Origin: Sedimentisphaerales bacterium
GTDB taxonomy: Bacteria > Planctomycetota > Phycisphaerae > Sedimentisphaerales > SM23-30
Assembly: GCA_963666285.1 (NCBI GenBank)
Contig: OY762711.1
Strand: one strand, 5' to 3'
Length of the DNA stretch: 64,000 bases
Position numbers and translations under genes: made by a program. The first letter of the stretch is position 1; every line of letters starts with the position of its first letter. This document shows, piece after piece, positions 50,052 to 59,448 of the stretch. Under the pieces are notes generated by a model. The model made no database searches and was not told the origin of the DNA. It saw only the letters and a list, made by a program, of their open reading frames with translations.

Positions 50052-51593
50052 ATGTCAGATCAGAACGAAAAAACATCACATGGAAATGAATACGAGCGAG
50101 AGCCGGTCCCGGAAAAGGCACTGTTGGGCTTTAAGAGTTTTGTTGGCATGTATGCAGGCGAGCATTGTGCCGGAACAGAGCTGATGATCGGTCCGCTGTT
50201 TGTGGCGGCGGGAGTAAGTGCGTTTGATATTGTCGCGGGACTGCTGATAGGCAACCTGCTGGCGGTACTAAGCTGGATGCTGTTTTGTGCACCAATCGCC
50301 ACCCGCACCCGGCTGACATTATACTACCAGGCAGAGAAGATCTGCGGCCGCCACCTGGTAACGATCTACAACCTGGCAAATGGTGTGATGTTTACTATAC
50401 TTGCCGGTGCGATGATCATGGTGGCAACAACAGCATTTGGCCAATGGTTTAAGCTTCCGATGCCTGGCCTGAACGATATGTACCCCAATAGTGCAGTCTG
50501 GATAATAGCGGTTTTGTTAGTTGGCTCTGTAATTTCACTGGTAGCCAGCTGCGGTTATAAGATGGTATCGAATATCGCCAATATGGCGGCCCCATGGCTG
50601 GTTTTAATGTTCATTGTGTGTGGAATAATTGCGCTGGGCGAATTTATCAAGGTATCGGGCCGTGAGGTTAATTCGGCGACCGATCTGTGGGAGCTGGCAG
50701 ATAAGGTAATCTGGCGAGGCGGAAAGCCATTTCCCGGTCAGGTTAAATTTTCTTTCTGGCATGTAATGTTCTTTGCGTGGTTCTGCAACATGGCATGGCA
50801 TATAGGTATGAGTGATTTAACGATATTTCGCTTTGCGAGGAGGTCATGGTACGGTGCCGCATCGGCGACTGGAATGTACCTGGGCCATTTCATCGCATGG
50901 CTGGCAGCCGGTATGCTGTATTCGCTGCAGATGTACAAGATCGACCTGCAGCCTGCTGAGCTTGATGCGCTGAGGGAAGCAGGAATCCTGGCAAAACTGC
51001 AAAGTCAGGAGATGATCCTGACAGCAGATACAATCCGGGAATTAATAGCAACCGGCGTATTGAAGAGCCCCCCTGCCGTATTGCCGGGCCCGATGACATA
51101 TTCAGCTGTTGGAGTAGCAGGCCTGATATGTGTAATCATGGCAAGCTGGACAACCGCGAACCCGACAATATACCGGGCCGGACTGGCATTCCAGGCAATC
51201 ATGCCAAGATTTTCACGATTTAAGGTCACCTTTGTAATAGGTCTGATAGCAACACTGACAGGTATGTTTCCGGCAGTTGCGATGCAGCTGCTCGACTTTG
51301 TCGCATTATGGGGATTGATCTTAATGCCTATGGGAGCGATAATCTTTGTAGATTTCTGGCTGTTCAAAAAGCTGGGACTTAAGAGTAACTATGCCGAGCT
51401 GAGTAAGAAACATTTCAACATAGCGGCCGGACTGGCATGGCTAATATCGGTATCAATCTGTTTCTGGCTGGCCTATACCGGCAAAGTACAGATATATTTC
51501 GTTTCGCTGCCCGGCTGGTTCTTAACAACCATACTATACATATCGATAAGCATGTTCTACCAGAAAAGGAAACTCGAAAATGAAAACAATTAG
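50052..51593 (+). CDS. Purine-cytosine permease (NCS1)-like transporter
   Basis: EYEREPVP, YAGEH.AGTE.MIGPLF, WTTANPTIYRAGLA, about 12 TM segments. Confidence 0.8.
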   Translation: MSDQNEKTSHGNEYEREPVPEKALLGFKSFVGMYAGEHCAGTELMIGPLFVAAGVSAFDIVAGLLIGNLLAVLSWMLFCAPIATRTRLTLYYQAEKICGRHLVTIYNLANGVMFTILAGAMIMVATTAFGQWFKLPMPGLNDMYPNSAVWIIAVLLVGSVISLVASCGYKMVSNIANMAAPWLVLMFIVCGIIALGEFIKVSGREVNSATDLWELADKVIWRGGKPFPGQVKFSFWHVMFFAWFCNMAWHIGMSDLTIFRFARRSWYGAASATGMYLGHFIAWLAAGMLYSLQMYKIDLQPAELDALREAGILAKLQSQEMILTADTIRELIATGVLKSPPAVLPGPMTYSAVGVAGLICVIMASWTTANPTIYRAGLAFQAIMPRFSRFKVTFVIGLIATLTGMFPAVAMQLLDFVALWGLILMPMGAIIFVDFWLFKKLGLKSNYAELSKKHFNIAAGLAWLISVSICFWLAYTGKVQIYFVSLPGWFLTTILYISISMFYQKRKLENENN

Positions 51594-51771
51594 TCTAATA
51601 GCAACAATCATCGGCTATAGCTCTCTCGCGGGATTGACACTTTCGTCTTTGCTATTTCTGTCAGGCAGGTTAGAGCTGGATCAGACCAAGCAGCACATAC
51701 TAATAGCTACTTTCGTATGGTTTATAACTGCGGGGTTCAATATGTACCAGTCCGCGAAACGCGACAAATGA
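51580..51771 (+). CDS. Small two-TM membrane protein
   Basis: 63 aa, two hydrophobic helices, overlaps the transporter stop, AAGGA RBS. Confidence 0.7.
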   Translation: MKTISLIATIIGYSSLAGLTLSSLLFLSGRLELDQTKQHILIATFVWFITAGFNMYQSAKRDK

Positions 51772-52476
51772 AGAGCCCCGAAAACTAAAATACTGTCAAA
51801 AGAAAAATGCAAACATAGGGATATTAAGCCGCATTTAAGGTACAGACATATACCAGTAATATGCGTAGTGAACAAACAACTGCACAGGCCAGTATAGAGA
51901 TACAGGTCAAAGCAAGTTGTTAGTAGTAGTTTTCACCTTGAAAACTAGTGCCAATGGCACGAATTTAACCTGTTATGCAGGCGACAATTGTTTCATCAAG
52001 GTGTTTTCCGCTTGCTAGTGCAGTTTCTCAAACCATATAAAGCGGAAATTCAATTCTTGGCTGGCGTACAAACACGTGATAGCTTGTGAGGATAATTAAC
52101 TCTTTCCATGCTATCATTTATTGGCAGGAATAGCGAAGAAAAAAAGGAAAAAGAAGACTCCCAGCCATGAGACCTCATAACTATCTTCCTTTCCTTTATT
52201 TTGATGTCAAACAAGAGCGATTCACTTTTCCTGTCTCCTCACATATAAATACGCAAAAGTTTTTTTATATTGGAAAAAAAATTATAATTTTTTGATATTA
52301 TTTGATATTATTTATGCTCATGAATGAAATTCTGCAACCATAACGAACCAATCAAATATCTCACAGTTTTGCAGACAAATTCGTTAGTTATTATTTTTCA
52401 ATAAGTTACGAGATAGATTTATATAAGCAGCTGGCAATATACAGGTTAAACTGCGACCAACCAAGAGAAGAATTAA

Positions 52477-53223
52477 GTGCCTGACAAAAAGCGAAAAAAG
52501 AAGAAGATACTTAATACAACCCGCTGGTCCCTGATCTCTATGATGAACAAGCTGGATTCGAGTGAATCTCGACAACTAAGAGAAGAATTATTCAGAGATT
52601 ACTGGCGTCCAATCCATATTTTTTTTAAAAATAAAGGGCTGGATAGCGATACAGCCCAGGACATGACACAGGATTTTTTCTATAAATCCATAATTGACAA
52701 CGACTTATTCGGAAAAGCCAGTAAGGATAAAGGCAAATTTCGTTCTTTGCTAGTCCGTGCATTAAATAATTTTTATGTAAGCCAGAAGCGTTACAACAGC
52801 TCAACACTCAGAAAACCAGAAAATATCATCTTTAATAGTTCAAATCTGGACAAAGTGGAAGCAAAAGACAACGAAAAAGATGTCAAGCACTTTAACCATG
52901 CCTGGATCCAAACAATCCTGGAAAATGTATCTGAAAGGTTAAAAAAACATTATTTAAATTCAGGTAAAGGATATTGCTGGGAAGCTTTTAACCTAAGAGT
53001 AGTCGAACCTATTATAAGTCAAAAAGAAGCACCTGGCATATGTGAAATATGCCAAAAAATCGGTATTTCAGATGAAAATAAAGTTTCAAATTATATTTAC
53101 CAAGTGAAACAAAAATATCAAAAAGAATTAAGAAATCATATAAGAGAATACGTAAATACCGAAAAAGAAGTAAGTGAAGAGTTAACAGATTTTTCAATTT
53201 TTCTTCAGAACTTAACTAACTGA
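52477..53223 (+). CDS. ECF-type RNA polymerase sigma factor (TRWS type)
   Basis: TTRWSLI, YWRPIH, AQDMTQDFF, KGKFRSLL, FNHAW and a region-4-like C-terminus; upstream of a Ser/Thr kinase. Confidence 0.85.
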   Translation: MPDKKRKKKKILNTTRWSLISMMNKLDSSESRQLREELFRDYWRPIHIFFKNKGLDSDTAQDMTQDFFYKSIIDNDLFGKASKDKGKFRSLLVRALNNFYVSQKRYNSSTLRKPENIIFNSSNLDKVEAKDNEKDVKHFNHAWIQTILENVSERLKKHYLNSGKGYCWEAFNLRVVEPIISQKEAPGICEICQKIGISDENKVSNYIYQVKQKYQKELRNHIREYVNTEKEVSEELTDFSIFLQNLTN

Positions 53224-53499
53224 CTGCCAGTCATATATTTTTATTACTATCATTATCGGTTATGGTTGCCGGGTATTTATTGCTATTGAATAAAATAGAA
53301 AGTTAAAATTTCTTATCGAACTCATAGGGGGTTTGCCTGATATGATTTTTTATTAATACCAGGTTCCATCATTTAAACTATTTTTTATTGCAGAGGTAAA
53401 AAATAGATAGTTGCAATTAGTATTATATTTGGCTATTATTGATATATATTGAGCTGGTCAATATGGTTCTTTTTCAAAAAACACAACTATAGTCTGTAT

Positions 53500-55224
53500 A
53501 TGGGAACAGAAGAGCATAAACAATTAAAAGCTAAACAGCTGCTTGAACTGTTAAATATCGGAGCGGAGCAAGTAGAATCTTTTAACGATCCTCTAAAAGA
53601 GATATTACCAAGTATCAGGGATTATGAGATCGTAGAAAAACTGGGTGAAGCCGGTCAGGGTCAGGTCTGGCGAGCGATACACTTGAGCACCCGTCGAGAG
53701 GTCGCATTAAAGATTCCCAAGTTCCACGGTTTCAGTCCGCGTCAGGCATTGCAGCGTTTTGAGCGTGAGGTAAAAGTAATATCCCGGCTTGACCATCCTA
53801 ACATAGTGAAGATATATGACAGCGGCATCCATAAGGGTGTATATTTCTACACAATGGATTTCATTAGCGGCAAGCACCTGGATGAATATTGCAGTGAGAG
53901 CCAGCTTGATCGAAAAGAAATAATCAAGCTAATGATAAAAGTGTGTGATGTTGTTGAGTTTGCCCATAAAAACGAAGTCATTCACCGAGATCTCAAGCCG
54001 TCAAATATTCTGATAACAGAAGACGGTGAGCCACATATTCTAGATTTTGGCCTAGCGAAACTGACAACAGGAAATGAATATGATCTGACAATCACACTTG
54101 ATAATGCTTCCATGGGCACCCCGGCATATATGTCACCAGAACAGGCCCGAGGCAATTTTGACCAGGTAAATTTACATAGTGACATTTACAGCTTAGGCAT
54201 TATCCTGTTCAACCTGATAACTGGTGAACTGCCATTTGAAGTTTCCGGTACAAAAGAAGACCTAATCAAACGAGTATCGGAAAATAGAATAAAGCCTATC
54301 AGGAAATTCAGCCAGATAGATTCCGAACTGGAGAAAATCTTTTCACATATATTCCAACTTACGCCAGAAGAGCGGTACAAAAATGCCGGTGAACTTAAAA
54401 CCGACCTGGAAAATTATCTATCAAACAAACCATTGATAGCCGGCTCAGCTACCCAATGGTATAAACTCTGCAAATATCTAACTAAACATAAAAAAGCCTC
54501 GATTATCACCATAGTACCAACGTTGCTAATTTGCGTATATATCTGCCTGTCAATATACACTGACAAATACAGTCTATCCGAGAGCTTTAGTTATAAGCAA
54601 GGTACAACGCTGGCAAATATTGCAGGCTGGGAAATGCTGCGATCAACAAACCCGCCATTGGACAATACAGTCATCAATAACCGGTTAAAGGAAAACAGCT
54701 ATACAGGCCGCAAAATAATAATACCTGAGATTATCCTGCACACGAATAACAAATTAGAATTTCAGCCAGACAAAGATTTTTCAGCAAAAATAGACTTTGC
54801 TTTTGACGGCAACTGGGATGAGATAATAGGAATAGTATTCAGCTGCACAGATAAAAACAACTTTTTCTCTTTCGAAGTAGAATCAAATAAAATGACACCG
54901 GACAGACTACTGCTGGTGCAGGTAAAAAATGATTTGGATGGTGAACTTGGCTACACAGAAATAGAACTGGACAAGAACAACGACTTCCAGTTACAAGTAA
55001 AATACAACAGTAAAGAATCTACTGTTTCTGCTGCGATCTTCGATTATACAGAGAATAATATTGCAGCAGAACTTAATGACCTAAAAGTGGAACTGTCGGC
55101 AGGCAAATTTGGGATAATGACCCTTGATGCCAACCACACCTTCCTGGATAATCTGAAACTCAATATCTATCCTGACCCGGTAAATCTTCATAAATTTCTG
55201 TCCGGTTTAACTTTGAAAAACTAA
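53500..55224 (+). CDS. Membrane-anchored Hanks-type Ser/Thr kinase with an extracytoplasmic beta-sandwich
   Basis: LGEAGQGQV, VALK, HRDLKPSN, DFG, GTPAYMSPEQ, one TM, beta-rich C-terminus (GKFGIM..FLDNL). The track starts at 53449. Confidence 0.92.
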   Translation: MGTEEHKQLKAKQLLELLNIGAEQVESFNDPLKEILPSIRDYEIVEKLGEAGQGQVWRAIHLSTRREVALKIPKFHGFSPRQALQRFEREVKVISRLDHPNIVKIYDSGIHKGVYFYTMDFISGKHLDEYCSESQLDRKEIIKLMIKVCDVVEFAHKNEVIHRDLKPSNILITEDGEPHILDFGLAKLTTGNEYDLTITLDNASMGTPAYMSPEQARGNFDQVNLHSDIYSLGIILFNLITGELPFEVSGTKEDLIKRVSENRIKPIRKFSQIDSELEKIFSHIFQLTPEERYKNAGELKTDLENYLSNKPLIAGSATQWYKLCKYLTKHKKASIITIVPTLLICVYICLSIYTDKYSLSESFSYKQGTTLANIAGWEMLRSTNPPLDNTVINNRLKENSYTGRKIIIPEIILHTNNKLEFQPDKDFSAKIDFAFDGNWDEIIGIVFSCTDKNNFFSFEVESNKMTPDRLLLVQVKNDLDGELGYTEIELDKNNDFQLQVKYNSKESTVSAAIFDYTENNIAAELNDLKVELSAGKFGIMTLDANHTFLDNLKLNIYPDPVNLHKFLSGLTLKN

Positions 55225-55302
55225 TTTACTAAAGGTCAAATTTCAAGGTATCAGTTTTCAGGTATTGGGTAAGGTCAACCAGGTTGATTTTGCAATAAGA
55301 CA

Positions 55303-55917
55303 CTATTTGCCTAAAGTCATCATCTTCTGCTTTTCCCAGCTTTTGCCGGATAGTAATTCAGTAAATCTGCATTTGACAGTTAGATTATTCTTTGCCGGTC
55401 GATACTGGTCAACCGGTAGAGTAAATCTATACTCGGAAGCCAAAATGCCATCCCAGTTTTCCTCGAATTCATCCGTAGAAAAAGACCAGCTTTTGACAAG
55501 GTTTTTATCTTCCGGTGCGTCTAAATCCCAAAGTTCAATTTCACAGGAGCCGGCAATTTTTACTTTATCACCACTCTTGTCCATAATATGTAAATACAGT
55601 ACCAGAGAATCTACCTTCAGATCATTATCAGCATCCTCTACCCTGGTGTACCTCCCCAGGTTAATTTTGCAGGCCCTGGTAACATATTCGATATAATCAT
55701 CTGGCAGTTTCTGTAAATTAGCAATCTGCTGATCTTTCTGCTTCAAAAGCAGCTGTGCCTGCTGAAGCTCATTATTAAGCTGTTCGATTTGCCGCTCACT
55801 GTCAGATAAAGATGTATCTGCCGGCTCATTGCACCCGATAAAAGTCAGACTAATACTACAAATGAATATATAGAGTATTAGATTCAAGTTCGTATTTTTT
55901 TTTGTTAATTGCCACAT
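55303..55917 (-). CDS. Hypothetical lipoprotein with a coiled coil
   Basis: Lipobox TFIGC, Q/L-rich coiled coil, beta-rich C-terminus. Confidence 0.75.
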   Translation of the reverse strand: MWQLTKKNTNLNLILYIFICSISLTFIGCNEPADTSLSDSERQIEQLNNELQQAQLLLKQKDQQIANLQKLPDDYIEYVTRACKINLGRYTRVEDADNDLKVDSLVLYLHIMDKSGDKVKIAGSCEIELWDLDAPEDKNLVKSWSFSTDEFEENWDGILASEYRFTLPVDQYRPAKNNLTVKCRFTELLSGKSWEKQKMMTLGK

Positions 55918-56058
55918 AATATACCTGCCTATACAAAATCATATAATGCAATCCAGTTATATTTCCAATATAACAAAGATATAACCGCTTTGCATTAAAA
56001 AAACCGCCCTGAAATATTCAACGCGGTTTAATTTTGTTTATTAGAAGTAAACTGACAT

Positions 56059-56667
56059 TTACTCATCCTGCGATTCAGGCATCTTTTCAAGAACTTTGTC
56101 CGCACAACCGTATTCAACAGCTTCAGCGGCATTAAGCCATTTGTTTCTATCACAGTCTTTCAAGACCTGTTCACGATTTTTACCGGTATGGTCAGAAATA
56201 ATATCATATAGCCTGTCACGAACTCTAAGCATTTCTTCAGCTTCGATCTTCAGATCAGTGGCAGGACCAGTAATCTGACCTCGGACTAATGGCTGATGCA
56301 GCATAACAGTAGAGTTTGGCAAGGCAAAACGCTTCCCTTTACTTCCGCTGAGGAATAACACCGCCCCCATACTGGCAGCCATGCCAATACAGTAAGTTGC
56401 AACATTGCAGCGAAGAAAACGCATAGTATCATAAATTGCAAGCCCGGCAGAGACAGAGCCGCCTGGTGAGTTAATATAAAAATGAATATCAGCTTTTGAG
56501 TCTTCATTACTAAGGAAAAGCAGCTGGGCAATAATCAGGTTTGCACTATCGTCGGTAACCGGTCCGCCAAGAAAAATTACCCTGTCCTTAAGCAGACGAG
56601 AATAAATATCGTACGCTCTTTCGCCACGCCCGGTTGTTTCTACTACCATTGGAATTAAATTAGACAT
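56059..56667 (-). CDS. clpP: Clp protease proteolytic subunit (Asn at the triad Asp position)
   Basis: [42 protein letters not shown]. Confidence 0.96.
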   Translation of the reverse strand: MSNLIPMVVETTGRGERAYDIYSRLLKDRVIFLGGPVTDDSANLIIAQLLFLSNEDSKADIHFYINSPGGSVSAGLAIYDTMRFLRCNVATYCIGMAASMGAVLFLSGSKGKRFALPNSTVMLHQPLVRGQITGPATDLKIEAEEMLRVRDRLYDIISDHTGKNREQVLKDCDRNKWLNAAEAVEYGCADKVLEKMPESQDE

Positions 56668-56729
56668 TTTTGTCTCCTGGATATCATATAACAGTACCTA
56701 GTTTGTAACTGTATGTTGTTTACTTACTA

Positions 56730-57386
56730 CTATTTCTTCTTATCATTTTCCTGCGGTTCTTCAGTGAGTACCTCATCGACAACACCATATGCCTTTGCTT
56801 CTTCAGCACTCATATAATGATCACGTTCGATTTCCTCTTCGATTTTTTCCGCAGTCTGTCCAGTATGTTTGACCAGGACATCGTTCAGCATTTGCTTGGT
56901 TTTGATGATTTCCTGAGCCTGAATTTCCATATCACTGGCCTGTCCGCCGATGCCGCCCCATGGCTGATGAAGCATAATCTTTGAATGAGGCAGAGCAAAA
57001 CGCTTACCCGGCGTGCCGGCGGCGAGAATGATAGCACCACCGCTGGCAGCATGGCCAATACAATAAGTGCAAACGTCAGATTTAATAAACTGCATTGTAT
57101 CATAAATACCCATAGTATCATCAACACTACCGCCGGGACAGTTGATATATAGATGGATATCACTGCCGCGTTTGAGATTGTCAAGATAAAGCAGAGATTT
57201 TATGATCGCAGTTGCAACAGTACCAAGACTGGTAACATACGAAGGGTCCAGCGGCAGATCGAGGAAAATACAACGATTTTCCAGCAGCATTTCATTAAGC
57301 CCCATCTCCCGGGTTCGCTGGTACTGCATCCCGGCTTGAGGTCTGATAATATCACGATATGAATTATGTGGTTTAATAATGTCCAT
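56730..57386 (-). CDS. clpP: Clp protease proteolytic subunit, second paralog
   Basis: YINCPGGSV, GHAASGG, MLHQPWGG, ERDHYMSAEEA. Confidence 0.95.
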   Translation of the reverse strand: MDIIKPHNSYRDIIRPQAGMQYQRTREMGLNEMLLENRCIFLDLPLDPSYVTSLGTVATAIIKSLLYLDNLKRGSDIHLYINCPGGSVDDTMGIYDTMQFIKSDVCTYCIGHAASGGAIILAAGTPGKRFALPHSKIMLHQPWGGIGGQASDMEIQAQEIIKTKQMLNDVLVKHTGQTAEKIEEEIERDHYMSAEEAKAYGVVDEVLTEEPQENDKKK

Positions 57387-57547
57387 TATCCGGCCTTTAC
57401 AAAAGGTATTTCAAAAAAATCAATAATAATAAAAAATGGTATCACCAGTCAGGCCGGCGATACCATATTACATTCATTAACAGCAAGGCTAGCCCGCTGG
57501 TTACTTATCGGCTAAATCTGCTATGATTATTACCTTAAATTGTCATA

Positions 57548-58942
57548 TTACTCAGCAGATTCAGGTTTTTTTCTGGTAGTTTTCTTTTTAGTCTTTTTAG
57601 GAGCTTTTTCTTTCTTTGCAGGCTCTTTATCTACGACTTCAGCCATTTCCAGTACCTTAGCAATAGCCTTATCTTCAGCAATTGCATCACGGATACCTTC
57701 CAGACGGCCCTGAGAAGCCAATTCTTCCTTCATCTTTTCCGGACGACGACCATAGCGATATGCCATATTGGCAATAAACGAATTAACTTCAGCCGAAGAA
57801 GCTTCCACTTTTAGCTCATCACAGATTTTTTCCAGAATAAATGACATTTTCATCTGTTTCTGAGCCTGCTCGGATGATGTCGCCCTGATTTCTTCGATAG
57901 TTTTTTCTATTTCAGCGTATGGTACACCCTGTTGAAGCATTTCCTGAATGCGACGAGATACCAACCTGTCAGCATACTTAGCAGCAGCATTTTCCGGTAC
58001 TTCCATTTCAATGTTAGTATCGAGATAATCATAGATCTGCTGAGACATCAATTGACGAGAGTCCTGATCAGCCCTGGCTTCCAATTCTTCTTCGATCTGG
58101 CGGCGAAGCTCATTTTCGTCAGCACATCCGATACTTTTCAGGAATTCTTCAGTCAATTCCGCAGGTTTCAGACGTTTGACATACTGAACAGTAATTTCCA
58201 TATCAACTTTTTTATTCTGCCAGTCAGCTTCCTTATGATCCTCAGAGATAGTCATAGAGTGCTTTTTGACATCGCCCTTCTTGACACCCTTGATAACATC
58301 AGCCATGTTCTCAACGCGAATACCTTTAACCGTACACGGGCTGACCCAGAGAGGCCATTCGGTAAGCTCTACAGGGTTTTCGATGCCTTCGATATTCAGG
58401 ACAATATCACTCATTACATGATCATCTTCCTGAGCCTCGTCAACTTCCTGCATTGAACCGGCACGCTTGCAAAGCATTTCAACAGCTTCGTTGATCTTAT
58501 CTTCAGTAATTTCAACAGCTTCCTTTTCAACCTTGATACCTTCAAGCTTCGGCAGTTCGAATTCAGGCTTTACTTCAACTTCATAAACAAAAGTAAAGTC
58601 GCCTTCTTCCGGCATAACAATATCATCCGGATTAAGATCAGGTTCGCCAAGGATTTCGAAATCTTCGTCCTCTTCTACCTGCTGGAAAGCCTGGGCCAGA
58701 AGTCTGAACTTAGCCTGATCCTTGATATCTCCACCAAAACGTTTTTCTATGAGGCGTTTAGGCGCTCTGCCTTTACGGAAACCAGGCAGCTGGGCACTGG
58801 TACGCAGGTCGCTATATTGAGATTCAAGTTCTTCTTCAATCTGCTCGCGAGGAATGACAACAGTGATCTTTTTCTTCCAAACACCGGTATCTTCTATTTT
58901 GACATCAGATTTGAACTCAGGTTTTTTGTTTTCTTCAGACAT
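57548..58942 (-). CDS. tig: Trigger factor
   Basis: Ribosome-binding loop LPGFRKGRAP, EVEVKPEFEL; upstream of clpP. Confidence 0.95.
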   Translation of the reverse strand: MSEENKKPEFKSDVKIEDTGVWKKKITVVIPREQIEEELESQYSDLRTSAQLPGFRKGRAPKRLIEKRFGGDIKDQAKFRLLAQAFQQVEEDEDFEILGEPDLNPDDIVMPEEGDFTFVYEVEVKPEFELPKLEGIKVEKEAVEITEDKINEAVEMLCKRAGSMQEVDEAQEDDHVMSDIVLNIEGIENPVELTEWPLWVSPCTVKGIRVENMADVIKGVKKGDVKKHSMTISEDHKEADWQNKKVDMEITVQYVKRLKPAELTEEFLKSIGCADENELRRQIEEELEARADQDSRQLMSQQIYDYLDTNIEMEVPENAAAKYADRLVSRRIQEMLQQGVPYAEIEKTIEEIRATSSEQAQKQMKMSFILEKICDELKVEASSAEVNSFIANMAYRYGRRPEKMKEELASQGRLEGIRDAIAEDKAIAKVLEMAEVVDKEPAKKEKAPKKTKKKTTRKKPESAE

Positions 58943-59005
58943 TTAATTGACTCCTGCAAAAAATGAGTTAATTGTTGACAACAGGCAAGAATGAATCTAA
59001 CGAGC

Positions 59006-59140
59006 AAAAAAAAGCCGCTCATATGAACTCTCTACCCGCGACGGCTTCAGGGGCGGAGAAGGTCATATAAACGGCCTTCAATCGCGACGTCGACCAGCGC
59101 CAGATATATCAACAGGATATACCCGATTTCTCGTTGTCGC
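59006..59140 (-). ncRNA. Candidate structured RNA or attenuator between tRNA-Gly and tig
   Basis: Two long stem-loops on the minus strand; the second has a 14-bp stem with 3 G-U pairs and ends in U8. Confidence 0.4.
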
Positions 59141-59180
59141 ATACTATATGCATCCGGCTTAGTAAAAAGCCATAAAAAAA

Positions 59181-59252
59181 AGCGGGTGATGAGATTCGAA
59201 CCCACGACATTCACGTTGGCAACGTGACGCTCTACCACTGAGCTACACCCGC
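59181..59252 (-). tRNA. tRNA-Gly (GCC)
   Basis: GCGGGTG TAGCTCAGTGGTAGAGC G TCACG TTGCCAA CGTGA ATGTC GTGGGTTCGAATCTCAT CACCCGC T; CCA not encoded. Confidence 0.97.
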
Positions 59253-59448
59253 ATATAGTATCAATTTCTTTTTGACAAAGAAATTGTTCTCGTATTAACT
59301 TTTGAGACGCAAAATATAACAAATATCCGTAAGGTATGCAAACCCTAATTTGCAAAAATGCAAAAAAATAAGGAAAGAAGAGAAAATAATTGGTGTTAAG
59401 TATTGGAAAAGAAAGACTTACGCTCTGACAAGTAAGGTAAATAAATTC

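Noticed and set aside
51956..51972. Sigma54 promoter at TGGCAC
   Set aside because: The -12 TTGC element is missing at the required spacing.
51992..52012. Minus-strand peptide SGKHLDE identical to a stretch of the nearby kinase
   Set aside because: Flanking residues do not align and stops surround it; most likely chance.
59181..59252. tRNA-Gly as an island integration site
   Set aside because: No integrase and no duplicated tRNA 3' end were seen in the window.
59047..59355. 102-aa ORF
   Set aside because: Overlaps tRNA-Gly and the structured RNA; spurious.
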